Part shown: positions 1 to 12,150 of the stretch, piece after piece
Numbering within the stretch: position 1 is the stretch's first letter
How the letters are laid out: the number at the start of each line of letters is the position of its first letter
The notes under the pieces: model-generated
Told to the model about the DNA's origin: nothing
Databases searched by the model: none
The model's input: only the letters and a program-made list of their open reading frames with translations
Program-made: the position numbers and the translations under genes
Origin: Prasinococcaceae sp. CCMP 1430
Lineage: Eukaryota; Plantae; Prasinodermophyta
NCBI GenBank assembly: GCA_013416795.1
Contig: RQSC01000018.1
Location: forward strand, 277,785 to 322,338
DNA: 44,554 nucleotides
Reading direction: 5' to 3'

Positions 1-18
1 ACACACACACACACACAC

Positions 19-88
<70 letters not shown>

Positions 89-160
89 GCACACGCACAC
101 ACGCACACGCACACGCACACGCTCACACGCACACGCCCACACGCACACGCACACGGTAGC
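1..160. repeat. (CA)n / (CACG)n microsatellite, probably intron 1 of the minus-strand gene starting at 275
   Basis: Direct: near-pure AC repeat from base 1, grading into cacg units. Confidence 0.95.
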
Positions 161-193
161 ACACCCGCACCCGCGACGCAGTCGCGCGCGCAC

Positions 194-275
194 CTGCGAG
201 CAGCACGAGGGCCGCGGCGACGGCCGCCGCCGCCCTCGGCGCCCTCGCGGCGCGCCTCGCGCGCGGCGCAGCCAT
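194..275 (-). CDS. First exon of a hypothetical secreted/membrane protein (signal-peptide-like); gene continues beyond the window start
   Basis: ATG at 275 gives MAAPRARRAARAPRAAAAVAAALVLLA (basic n-region plus hydrophobic h-region). It is followed by a CAG|GTGCGC donor at 194/193, the dominant donor type in this window. Confidence 0.45.
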
Positions 276-524
276 CGCGCGTGCGTGCGTGTGTGTGTGT
301 GTGTCGTGTGTGTGTGTGTGCGAGCGCGCGTGCGTGCGGGCGGGCGCCACCGGATGTGGGGTAGAGTTTGGGGGTGGGAGCGCGCGCGCGCGCGCGCGCG
401 GGCGCCGTGTGGCGCGCGCGCGAGCGGGCACACGCACACACACGCGCGGGGGGGCATGCGAGGGCGCACACATGCACACGCTTGCGGCCCTACGCGTGCA
501 CACACACACACACACACACTCCTT

Positions 525-556
<32 letters not shown>

Positions 557-1101
557 GCACGCACACACACACGCACACACGCGCGCGCGCACATGTCGAT
601 CGCGATCGCCTTTTTTTTTCGCCGCCGCTTTTCCGCCCCATTTCAGGCGGAAATTCGAACGCTTCGACGCCAAGAAAAATGTTGCGAAAGGGCGGACGAG
701 CGGCGGTTCGAAGGTTGGCGCTGATCCAATTCGATGAGCGTTTTCGCCGAAGGGGCACGCCCGCGCGACCCGCCCGGCAGCCGTGGGGTGCCGTGGCGCC
801 GCGCCGCCGTCCCCGGAGGCCGGGCTGGGGACGCGCGGGCGGGTGTGTGGGTCGACTCGGGGGGGAGAGGGCGCGGGTGAGGAGCGCGGAGAGGCACCGC
901 GCTCACAGCGGGGCGCGAGCTTGCAGTGGCGGGTGGCGGGAGGCGCCGGCCGACCACACGCGCGCGCGCTACGCGCGCGGCACCGCACTGCTCGAGGTGG
1001 GCGATGCGGCCGCGTGGAAAAACGTCCGTCTACAAAGGGAATGGGAAGGTGGGGTGGCGCAGGGGGGCACGTGCTGCCGAGGCGGAGGCGAACGCGCGCC
1101 A

Positions 1102-4100
1102 TCAATCCACGACCTGCACCTCCTCTCGCGCGTCGGCAACCTCCGCACGCAACTCGAGCGCGTCGACGGTGCAGTCGTGCGCGTCGTTGATGAAGAGGTG
1201 CGCGAGCAGCGCCGAGCCGCAGGCGCCCAGCGCAGGCGGCTCGATCTCCAGAACGAAGAAGCGCCGCTCGCCCGCGGCGAGCTCCATCTCAACTGGCGAC
1301 GCGCGCGCCCAGCCGCGGCTGCAGGCCAGCCGGAACACGCGCGGTTCGCCAAAGGGATTTGTGTACGCCAGGCGCTTGGTGGTCACCCTGCCGGCGGTGA
1401 CGGTGCCAAGCTCCAGTTGCCCGCTGACGAGCGGCTCGTCGGCACTCGCCGCGACCGCGATGGCCGTGGTGACATCACCACCGAGGTCGGCGGCAGACGC
1501 GCGCACGACGTGAACAACGGCGTTGGTTGTACCCGCCACGAGCGGGGTGTACGACAGGCGAAGCTCGGTGAGCGCGCCGGCGCGCAGCACCAGGGATTCG
1601 CAGTCCGGGTCGACGATCACGACGTCGGGGTGTGACGAGTACACCCTCACCGGCTCGTCGGCCGCACCCGCCGGGGGGCCGCGCAGCGCAACCGAAGTGC
1701 GTGCGCGCTGCCCAGCGACGCCGCGCACATCATGCCGCCGCAGCGCGCGCACCTCGACGCGCCACCGCTCCAGTAGGCGCGCGCGCGACGCGTCGGCGTA
1801 CACGCAAGCAAGGAATGAGCGCACTGCGGGCGCGGCGCCGAGCTTCACTGTAAAGCTCGCCACGTTTGGCTCAGAGAGCGCGCCGGCTGAGGCATCTGCT
1901 CCGGCGCTGGCAGCCATGCTCGCGTCGCCCTCAGTGAGGATCGTCGGGTCGCTGGCGACCACGCACGGCCTCGACGCCGCGCACGCGGCGGAGGATGCAC
2001 CGGGAAGCGTGGCGAGGCGAACGCGTTGCCGCAGGTAGTCGCCCTCGCCCGCGTGCAGCCGCAACGTGCGGTCGATGCCGTACGCGCGCGGGCACACTGC
2101 GACGCGCAGGTCACACACGACCGTGCGCTCGCTCTCATCACCGCCCATGGTCACCATGCGCACGACCGCAGTGCGCGCGCGCAAGGCACTGTGGTCCACA
2201 CTGGGGCCAGGCTTCGGGGTCGCGGGGGCAGCAACGCCGCCGCCCTCAAGCGCAAGCAACCCGCGAGCCGCGCCCTCAAGCGCAGCGCCACTGCGCACGT
2301 CGCCCGCGCGATAGCTCTGGAAGCGAAACGGCACTGTCACTGTCTCGCCCGCCGAGAGCAGCAGCACGTCGCCGTCGTCGAACAGGTCCTCAACGGGACC
2401 AGTCCCGAATGCGCCGACGCCAGATTCGGCAGCAGCCGCGCGGAGCTCGGCCCACTCTCTCTTGGAGGTCACCAGGCTGAGCTCGCCATCAGGGTCATCT
2501 ACGACGAGCTTGAAGAGAGCGTCGCGTGGCAGCGGATTGGTGAAAGCAGCCTCGAAATGGACGCATTCCCCGTAGGCTGCGCGCACGGTCGCAGTGCGCG
2601 AGAGCCCAGAGCGCAACGACGCGGTGATCACCTCCTCGCGGCGGCGGTCACGCGCGTGGCAGACGTCGTGCAGCGCCGTCGAGCGCACGAAGGTGTTCTC
2701 CTTGTCTTCGTCCGCGGATGCCAACAGCCCAGGCGGCAAGAGTTCATCCCCGCCGGCCCGCTTGAGCTCAGCGAGCTTCCTCAGCCGCGCGAGGCGGCGG
2801 CGCTCGAGCGCACATACGGCCAGACGCGCGGGCGCGTCGCTGGTCTGGTCACCAACGACAAGTTCGCCGCGTCTGTCGCCCGCACCTGCAGCCGGGGTAC
2901 CGGCATGAGCGAGTGCGCTGTGGTAGCCCGCAGTATTGCTGATAAGCTCGGGGGCGATGACGCCGCCCACGTCGAGTGCTGCACGCACCATCACGGGTAC
3001 GCCGGGGGACACCAGAGCCGGTTCCGAGCTGGTTCCGGCGGTGACGGGATCGAGGGTGTCCACAAGCGCGCCAGCACTGGCAGCAGACGCAGGGATGCGG
3101 TGCCGCCCAACGTTGATCAGCCGCAGTAGCACAGTGCCATCAACATTGTCAGAGGCCCCAGGCCCCGCCGCCATAGAGTCGGACCCCGCACGCACCACCG
3201 ACACCTCAACGAGCGCGTCGGCTGCGTCGCGCCCTGCGCGTAGCAGCCCTGCGAGTGGTACGCTCGCCGTGCCAACGGGGAGCCTCGAGTCCCCATCCCA
3301 AACGTCGAGGCACAGGCGCCCCCGGGCGAGATATTGCGTGAAGCGACGCGCCTCGCCTGCGTCGCCCTGTCAGCCGTGTGCGCGTAGCGGTAAAGCAAGC
3401 CTGGCAAGCCGACCTGCTCGGCACCAACGTCGCTCGAAGCTCCAATGTCAGCCTCGAGCCAGTAGAGGTCGCGCCCGCCCGGTGCCGCCGACACTCCTTG
3501 CGGCGCCTCGGAAAGTCGCGCCGAGGGCGTCTCCACTGGCGCATAGTCGTAGAACTGGAAGCCGAAGTACATGCGCGAGGGCACGACCGAGGGTGCCGTG
3601 GTCTTGCCGGCAGGGGAGGCGGCTGTCGGCCCGGGACTGTACGCAAGGATTTGCAGCACAATGTCGCTGACGGCGCGGGGGTCAGCAAGCTCGGCCTGCT
3701 CGGCATTCGCGGAGCGCTCAGGCCCCGCTGCCCGCTCCACAGCTGACGATCGCTCGACTGCCTCGAGCACATCAGGAGGCAGCGCCGCCGAGGCACCCGA
3801 ACGAAGCAGGCGCGCACGCAGCGCCCGGCTGAGCTCGCCGGCCGCTCCACGTTCCTCGTCCACGACGTCGCGCGGGCTATCGGGAACCAAGGCAGCGGCA
3901 GCGGCGAGCACATCCGCCTTCGCAACCGCGGCCGACGTCGCAACGCGCGTCTCGCCCGGAGGAACGGCGCGCGCGGATGCGCCCTCCAGCCTGTCAGAGG
4001 AAGCAGCGGGCGAAAGAGCGCCACGCGTGGGCGTGCGGGCGAGCTCCGCGCGCAGGCCTGCGAGGCTCGACTCGTGGGCGTCCACACTTGCAGCGAGCAC

Positions 4101-7100
4101 TCCCACCTGCGACGCGAGGCGTGCAAGACTGGCGGCCGTGCCCTCGGGCAGCTGCCCCGGGGCGCTGAGCGCCTCCACTTGCGCCTTGAGTGCGCTGATC
4201 GTCCCGCCAACCTCGGCCGGCAGCGATGACGACGGTACTGGAATCTCGACTTCAGCCTGCGTGCCTTCGCTGGCATCCACAGTCTGGACGGCTGTGCGGG
4301 CAAAATCGCGTGCGGCAGCTTCGTCCAGCATGCGCGCGGCGCCATCCGCAACGGCCTCCGGCTCGGCGGCAAGCTCTTCCAGGAACGCAGCCATGCGCTC
4401 GCCGACGATGTCCGCGCTCGCCGCGCTCGCCTTGAATCGCGAAGTGGCGCAGGGAGACAGCACTGCTGCTGCCGCGCTGCTACGCGATTCGTCCAACGCC
4501 GACAGCTCTTCCACAAACCCGGCCATACGCGCATTCGCCTCTGCGGCCCGTACCGCAAGTGACTTGAACCTCGCCCCCGCCCTCGCGACCGTAGCGGCGG
4601 CGCCGATCGAGATCGCCCCGCCATCGACGAGCGCAGTGTGAAGGCGCTCGATGGCGGGCGTCACCACCTCTTCAGGCTCATCTGCGAGGCTTTCTATGAA
4701 GCTTGCCATCTCTGCAGAAACCTCGGCAAGGTCGTCTGAGGCAGCAGACGCAGTACCAATGCGCTTGAACTTGGTCGACGCGAGCACCGCGAGCGCGCCT
4801 GACGCGCGCGTGCGCTCAGACTCTGTCTGCGCTGACAGGTCCTCGATGAACGCGGCCATGCGGGCATCCGCCTCTCTCGTGCGCAAAGCCCGCGAGCGCA
4901 TCCGGGCGGCTGCAGCCGCGGCCAGGACGCCGGTGCGGAGAGAAACCGCGCCCGTGTGAGAATCGTCGGCCTCGGCACCGTGGGCACTGTCGGCCTCGGC
5001 ACTCAGCGTCTCCTGCACGTCCTCAGAAGGTGCGTCCTGAACGTCCTCGGTAGAAACCGGGGTCGCCGCGTACTGACCGTCGGCAGAGAGGTCGACCTCC
5101 TCGTCGATGCGAAGTGGGCCTAGGCCCGGTATGCGCGCGCCACACGCGAGGGGCACGTCGAGCTGCATTGCAGCATCTGCCCTCGCGGTGAGGTGAGCAC
5201 TGGGCTCGAGCTCAAACGCGAGCGCTGCGCCCGCGAGCGTCGGGATGGGCGTCGAGCTCGCCTTCGGGTGGCGCTGCGCGTCTGCGTTGTACAACAGAAA
5301 GCGCGGCGAGCCGCGGCAGATGGCGCAGACCGCGAGGGCGGGTGACACAGGCCCTTGGGCCTTGAGGTAGTCCTCCACGCGGGTGACATCCAGCTCGGCG
5401 GGTCGTAGGATGTCGATCGGCGCCATGCCGGCGCGCGGCGTCAGGGCAACCACGGCGTAGCCCAGGCCGTACTGCTCGTACACTGGCGTACGCGCCCCGC
5501 CGACAGCAACCTCGCAGAGCACGAGCTCCACTACGAGCGCCACGCGCGGGTCGTCGATCGCCGTGCGCACAACGAAGTCTGCGGGCGCGTCGATGCACAG
5601 CGCGGAATCGATCAGGCCTGCCCGCGCGTGCACATCCGATGGCGCTTGAAGGGCTTTCGAGAGGGCATGCTCGGCCTCGGGCCACGCGCGCAGCTCCGAG
5701 GCCGCCGTCCCGCCGAAGAAGGCGCCCGCGCAGTCAGGCGGGCCGTAGTCAAAGAGCGATGCGCTCGCACGGAAGGCAAAGGTCGTGCTGGTGCCGGCGC
5801 GGTTGCGCGCGAGGGCTCTCTCAGCCGCCTCGCGCGGCAGGCGCAGACCCTCCGCACGGCGCAGCGCGAGCGACACAACGCGCGAGCGCAGCAATAACTT
5901 GGGCGTGGCGCGGCCTTTTTCCCCGCCGGCGGCAGCCGCTGCGCCCTCGGCCGGTGCCCCGATTGCGAGAGTCGGCGCGCTTAGCCGAGCGTCCAAGCGC
6001 GCGGACCACTCCAGCTCGGCAGGCCCCGCCTCAGGGGCGGCCACCGCCTCGCTCGTGCGCGATGGGGCGCGCGGAACAAAGGCCGTTGCCCACTCGCTGC
6101 TGACAAGCGATGGCTTGTCATCTGCGGCAACCCGAGGCTCGGCCGGCCGAGGCGACGCCTGCGCCGATGCCTCCGCCGCGGGGTCGTCCACTGAGGCGTT
6201 GGAGGCGTGGTCCGAACTATCCTCACTCGCGAGCGGCTCCCCCTCAACGAGCAGTGCGCGCTGCGACTGCGCGGCCGGCTGCCTCATCTCCTCGACGTCG
6301 GGGTGCACCACGGGCGCCGGCGGCGCGGCCTCCAGCGCAGGCGCCGGATCCGGTGCTGGCGCGGTGAGCGGCTCGGCGTCGACGGCGGCGTGTGGGTCGG
6401 ATTCGGCACCCACTGGCTGCGCCACCAGCGGCTCCATCGTGTTTGGGGGAAGCGCGTATCCCTTTCCGCAAGGCGGTGCCCAGCGCGCCGCCGCCGCAGG
6501 CGCGGGAATGGGCGCGGCGACCGCCGCCTCCATGTTGCCGCGGCGCTCGCCGCGCCCGCAGCGCCACCACGACGCCTTCGGGATCTTCGAGGTTGCTGCC
6601 GCGTGCGCGTCCGGCAAAGGGGCCGCGGGTGTAGTCCCGGCAGTCTCGGCGGTCTCGGCGGCCTCCACGGGCCCGGCGGGCCCGCCTGCCTCGGCGGGCT
6701 CAGCCAGTGCGGAAGAACTCACGGGCTGAGCCGGCTCAGTTTGCTCCGCGGGCTCGGTTTGCTCCGCGGGCTCGATAGAATCGGCCGGCGGCGCCGACGG
6801 CTCGATTCCCGCGGTCTCGACGACCTCGGCGGCCTCGGCGGTCTCGCCCATCTCGCCGGCGTGGGCTGGTTCGCCGAATTCGGCAGTCTCGGCAGTCTCG
6901 GCGCTCTCAGCTATCTCAACGGGCTCGGCGAGCTCGGCGGGCTCGGCGGGCTCGATAGGCCCGGCGATCTCAGGCTCAGACGACGTAGTGAACACCGAGA
7001 CCTCTGCGCCGGGCGCATCGCCCTCGACGGGCTCGACGGCCTTGGTGGCGTCGACGCCCCCCGCGGGCTCGGCCGGCGGCTCCGAGGTGGGGGCTGCCGT

Positions 7101-7475
7101 GGTCTCAGGGGGATCGACAGCGGGTGCGGATGGCTCCTCTGCAGCGGGAGCTGAGGGCTCCGCTGCGGGAGTGGAGAGCTCGACCACAGGCGCGCGAGTC
7201 TCCTCCGGGGCCGAAAGGGGCGCTCCCTCCGCCGTGGGCGCGGTCGGCGCGGCCGGCGTGGCTGTCATCTCCTCCGGCGCCTCCGCCGCGCTGGCGGCCT
7301 CGCTCACGAGGTCGTCCACGTCGTCCACCACCATCGCCGAAAGCGCGGGATCGGCGGCCGAGGGGACGGTTTCCTCGGCAGCGCTGGCGTCCGCCTGCGG
7401 GATGGCGACCTCGCCCGCGTGCGCCTCGACGGGCTCGCTCGCGGCGGCGCCCTCGGCGGGCGCTGCTGCTAGCAT
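1102..7475 (-). CDS. NPHP4: Nephrocystin-4 (ciliary transition-zone protein) with a long Pro/Ala/Glu-rich N-terminal extension; frame switch near 3367-3413
   Basis: Motifs recalled from NPHP4: FFGGT, LVVELV..GLGYAVV, CRGSPRFLL, IVLQILAY...MYFGFQFYDYAP, GEARRFTQYLARGRLCLDVWDGDSRLPVG, FEAAFTNP, and C-terminal LFINDAHD..TVDALEL. The two long ORFs (3117..8096 and 1102..3204) join through a 47-nt GT..AG intron (3413-3367) or a 1-nt indel. The ATG at 7475 is an inferred start. Confidence 0.85.
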
Positions 7476-8257
7476 GCCCGCGGCGCTTGCTTCACGGCGC
7501 TCAGCCCTGTGCAAGCGCGCGCGGGCGCGAGCCAGTGCCGCCCGCGCGCCCGCCAGCACGCCGCCCGCCCCGCGCACGCGTGCGCACACACCTGCAGGAC
7601 ACGACCACACACACACACGCGCGCGCGCGCGCACACACACACACACGCGCGCGCACACACGCACGCACGCGCCTCGCAGGTTACCGCAGCAACAGTCGCC
7701 CGCTTGGGGGAACGCGCGCGTGCGCTTTCGGCAGCCGTCCGCGCGCTGCTCCGACGAAAGGTGCAAAATAACGTTGAAAACGACGCTTAAACACGAATTC
7801 AGCAGAATCAGCATGAACGGCTTTTTGCATTTTGGATTTTTCATTTTCTTTTTTTTGTTTTCGTCGCTCGCGCGTTCGGGGAACGGGCCGGGCCGCGCAG
7901 GCAGCGGTGCGCGATGCGCAGCAGCGGGCACGGTGGTAGCTCCGGCAGAGTGGTTGCGTGCGAGTGTGCGCCGCTCGCCTTGAGGCCACATGGTCGAAGC
8001 GGGTCTTCTGCGTTCGCCCCCGCACCTCACACAGTGGGGGCGGGCTCGTCCAGGCCCAAGGCGCGGGACAAGCCATGCGCCCGCATGCAAGTGCAAGGGT
8101 CTCCTGCCCCTGGCTCCGCTCGAGCGCTGCGCACGCTGGCGCTCGCGTCAGTCACTGGGAGAAGAATTAAATTACCACGTCATGCTTGCACGACGACGCA
8201 TGAGCGTGTGCGCGCGTGTAGCTCGTGGGTGTGCGTGCTCGCGTGCGCATGTGTCGA

Positions 8258-9680
8258 TCACGCCGACAACGTCAGCTCTGGCAGCTCCGGCATCTCAGCC
8301 GCGTCCCAGACGGCGGCGTCGATGCTCACTCTCGCCGCGGCGCCTGCCTCACCCGCGGCCGCGCGCGCTGTCGCGCATGCACTGGGCGGCGCGTCGAGCA
8401 CATCATCTGGCACGAGCCCCGCGTCGAGCGCGCGCAGCAGCACGTCGCGCGCGCGGGGCATGGGCGGCCGCCGCCCCTCGCCCCGCCGCGCCTTCGCCAC
8501 CCTGAGCTCGTCGTCCATGAAGCGCTTCCACTTGGCCGTGCCAGGCTCGCCCTTGAAGATATTCAGAACAGGGCGCAGCAGCACGCGCGCGCTGGGGACT
8601 TCGTGCCCATCAGGCTTCGTCTCGAACCGCGCTTGCGTCGTGGCGCAGTACTCGGCGTAGTCCAGCAGCAGCGCGCGGCGGCTCGCAGCGCGATTGGGCA
8701 CGCCGTGCACCGCGCGGTCGGCGTCGCCGATGGCCTCCCACGGCGCCTTCCATGGACCGCGGCCCACCATGACGCCCTCTAGCGGCGGAAGGTCGGTCAA
8801 GTGGTTTGGCGAGGCCACGCCCTCGAATTCCTCCTGGTCCGCCCCGCCCGTCGCGCCGCCTGCGCCGCCTGCCGGCGCGTTCCTGGCGAGCTCCGCGGCG
8901 GCGGCGTGGCAGCCACCCACGCCGCCGTTGGCGGAGAAGGCAAGGGCGGGGAAGTCACGTGCGAGCGCTCGCACGCGTTCGTGGCGCAGCGGCGGCACGG
9001 AGCGGTTCTGTTCGGGCGTGAGGCCGCCGAGGATGGCGCGTCGCGCATGGACGATGAAGCGCTGCACGCCGCCGCGCTCGGCGACCACGCCCACAAAGTC
9101 AGCGAGTGCCGCGTAGGTCTCGACGTCGTCCACGCCCAGGCGGCACTTGACGCTCACCGGTAGGCCCGACGCATCTGCCATCGCTGCGCAACAGTCGCCG
9201 ACGGCAGCAGGACGCAGCATGAGCGATGCGCCGAAGGCGCCTGCGCCAGCCACCTGCGTCAACCGCGGGCGCACGGACGCGATGGGAGGTGTCAGCGCAG
9301 CTCGACAGCGAGTGCGCGCGTCGGCACTCCACCCGGCGCTCCACCCACCTTGTCCGACGGGCAGCCCACGTTGAGATTGAGCTCGGCGTAGCCGTACGGC
9401 GCCGCGCGCCTCGCCGCCGCCGCGAGCGTTGCCGGGTCGCTGCCACCGAGCTGCAGCACCGTCTGCCGCTCGGCGACGTGCGCGTCGGGCAGCCACAGCT
9501 CGCGCTCAACCACGCGCTCCGCGCCGCGCGTAATCGTCGTGCCGACCACCATCTCCGTGTACAGCGCCGCGCGCGCGCTCATCAGCCGGCAGAGCTCGCG
9601 GAAGTGCGCGTCGGTCACGTCCATCATTGGCGCGAGCTGCAGCGCGTGCGCGCGCACGCCCGCGGGCGCCGCGGGCGCCG
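8258..9680 (-). CDS. dusA: tRNA-dihydrouridine synthase, DusA-type (5' end lost in N-gap); exons >9680-9349 and 9253-8258
   Basis: LAPMMDVTD..FR.L..L.....LYTEMV, LQLGGSDP, ELNLNVGCPSDK|VAGAGAFGASLM (catalytic Cys), VSVKCRLGVDD, FIVHARRAILGGLTPEQNRSVPPL, NGG, GVMVGRG. The 95-nt GT-AG intron 9348-9254 restores the motif exactly. Confidence 0.9.
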
Positions 9681-10362
9681 NNNNNNNNNNNNNNNNNNNN
9701 NNNNNNNNNNNNNNNNNNNNNNNNNNNNNNNNNNNNNNNNNNNNNNNNNNNNNNNNNNNNNNNNNNNNNNNNNNNNNNNNNNNNNNNNNNNNNNNNNNNN
9801 NNNNNNNNNNNNNNNNNNNNNNNNNNNNNNNNNNNNNNNNNNNNNNNNNNNNNNNNNNNNNNNNNNNNNNNNNNNNNNNNNNNNNNNNNNNNNNNNNNNN
9901 NNNNNNNNNNNNNNNNNNNNNNNNNNNNNNNNNNNNNNNNNNNNNNNNNNNNNNNNNNNNNNNNNNNNNNNNNNNNNNNNNNNNNNNNNNNNNNNNNNNN
10001 NNNNNNNNNNNNNNNNNNNNNNNNNNNNNNNNNNNNNNNNNNNNNNNNNNNNNNNNNNNNNNNNNNNNNNNNNNNNNNNNNNNNNNNNNNNNNNNNNNNN
10101 NNNNNNNNNNNNNNNNNNNNNNNNNNNNNNNNNNNNNNNNNNNNNNNNNNNNNNNNNNNNNNNNNNNNNNNNNNNNNNNNNNNNNNNNNNNNNNNNNNNN
10201 NNNNNNNNNNNNNNNNNNNNNNNNNNNNNNNNNNNNNNNNNNNNNNNNNNNNNNNNNNNNNNNNNNNNNNNNNNNNNNNNNNNNNNNNNNNNNNNNNNNN
10301 NNNNNNNNNNNNNNNNNNNNNNNNNNNNNNNNNNNNNNNNNNNNNNNNNNNNNNNNNNNNNN
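9681..10362. other. Assembly gap (682 N) that must hide the 5' ends of dusA and TMEM18 and their divergent promoter
   Basis: Direct: N run. Both flanking genes lack their N-termini. Confidence 0.95.
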
Positions 10363-10448
<86 letters not shown>

Positions 10449-10460
10449 ACACACACACAC

Positions 10461-10498
<38 letters not shown>

Positions 10499-10672
10499 AT
10501 GAACACACACACACACACACTCTGACGAACACACACACACACACACACACACGCACACTGACGAACACACACACTCACACACACACACACACACACACTG
10601 ACGAACACTCGCGCTTGCGCGCACATGTTCACGCGCTATCACACACTACCGCACACACACATGCCGTCTGGC

Positions 10673-10735
<63 letters not shown>

Positions 10736-10741
10736 ACACAG

Positions 10742-11272
10742 CTGGGCATCACTCAGGACTACTTCGACCGCCGCGGCGTGTTCGCGGCGGTCATGTGGTC
10801 GGCGCCAATGCTCGTGGTCAGCGCGGGCATGCTCGTGCACACGCTGTGGGCCACCTCGGCGCTGCTCGTCGACGTCGGCAGGGCGAAGGTTGGGCGCGCG
10901 CCGAGGGCGGAGGGGACACGCGCTCGCGCGCACGAGCGCACACGCACAACCACACGCGCGCAAGCACACACAGACACACACGCGCGCGCACACACACGCG
11001 CGCATGTTTGTACGTCCGCTCATACGCGCGTGCGTGTTCGTGCGCACGCTGACAACCACGCTCTCGCACTGACGCACACACACGCACACACACACACGCA
11101 CGCACGCACGCACACACACACGCGCGCGCACGTGTATACACACGCACACGCGCGCGCCCACACACGCGCGGGGCCGCGTTGTGTCCCAGGTGGCACACAA
11201 GATGCGAGCGGAGGAGCGCGCGCGCGCGGCGGGGGGGGCAGGGGCAGAGGCGGGCGGCGCGGCGACGCGCGC

Positions 11273-11275
<3 letters not shown>
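10742..11275 (+). CDS. TMEM18: TMEM18-family membrane protein, C-terminal exons (10742-10888, 11190 onward); 5' part in gap, stop unresolved because the frame runs into a CA repeat
   Basis: [25 protein letters not shown] matches the recalled TMEM18 signature (QxYFDxxGxFxSxxxSxPLL). Splice sites: ...acacacag|ctg, aag|gttggg, cccag|gtg. The tail [14 protein letters not shown] is basic. Confidence 0.7.
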
Positions 11276-11331
<56 letters not shown>

Positions 11332-11429
11332 ACACACACACACATACGCGCGCGAGAAATTATACGGCGTTGAGGTTACAGCATCCCCGGATGACGGGTC
11401 GTGCGCGCGTGTGTGTATGCACTCGTATG

Positions 11430-11476
<47 letters not shown>

Positions 11477-11508
11477 ACGCGTGTGCGCGTGCGCGCGCGC
11501 CGCCGGCC

Positions 11509-11711
11509 TCAGCGCGCGCGCGCGCGCATAATCTCCACCGCGGAGTGGTCGAGCAGCCCGCCGACCTGGCGAGCGCGGCGCGTGTGTGGGCGTGCGTTCG
11601 ATGGGTGTACGTGCGTGCGCGTGTGTGCATGTGCGTGCGTGCGTGTGCGTGTGAGTGAATCCACATGTGCCCGCGCACACGTGTGCAGGCGCTTGTGAGT
11701 AGGCGTAACAC

Positions 11712-11756
<45 letters not shown>

Positions 11757-12089
11757 ACACACACACACACACACACACTTGTGCGAGCACGCACGCGCCC
11801 ACACACGCACCTGTACCTCCGGCTTGCGCACGCACACGCGCACCGCGTCCACCCTGTCGAACTCGCCGAGCACGTCGGCGGCGATGCCCTCGGCGACCGC
11901 CTCGATGAGCTCCCTGCGCGCGCCGGCGCCGCCGGCGACGCGCGCGCGCGCGAGCGCGTACACGCGCGAGTAGTCCACGGTGGACGCAAGATCGTCCGAC
12001 TCGCCCGCCGCCTGCGTGTGCGCGCGCGTGTGCGTGTGCGTGCGCGTGTGTCCCCGTGCGTCAGCGCGCGTGTTCTGCATGAAGGTGTG

Positions 12090-12150
<61 letters not shown>

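Noticed and set aside
7740-7870. N-terminal MKNPKCKKPFMLILLNSCLSVVFNV... of ORF 3117..8096 as an NPHP4 signal peptide
   Set aside because: It derives from an AT-rich spacer between NPHP4 and dusA plus a GT microsatellite. NPHP4 is cytoplasmic.
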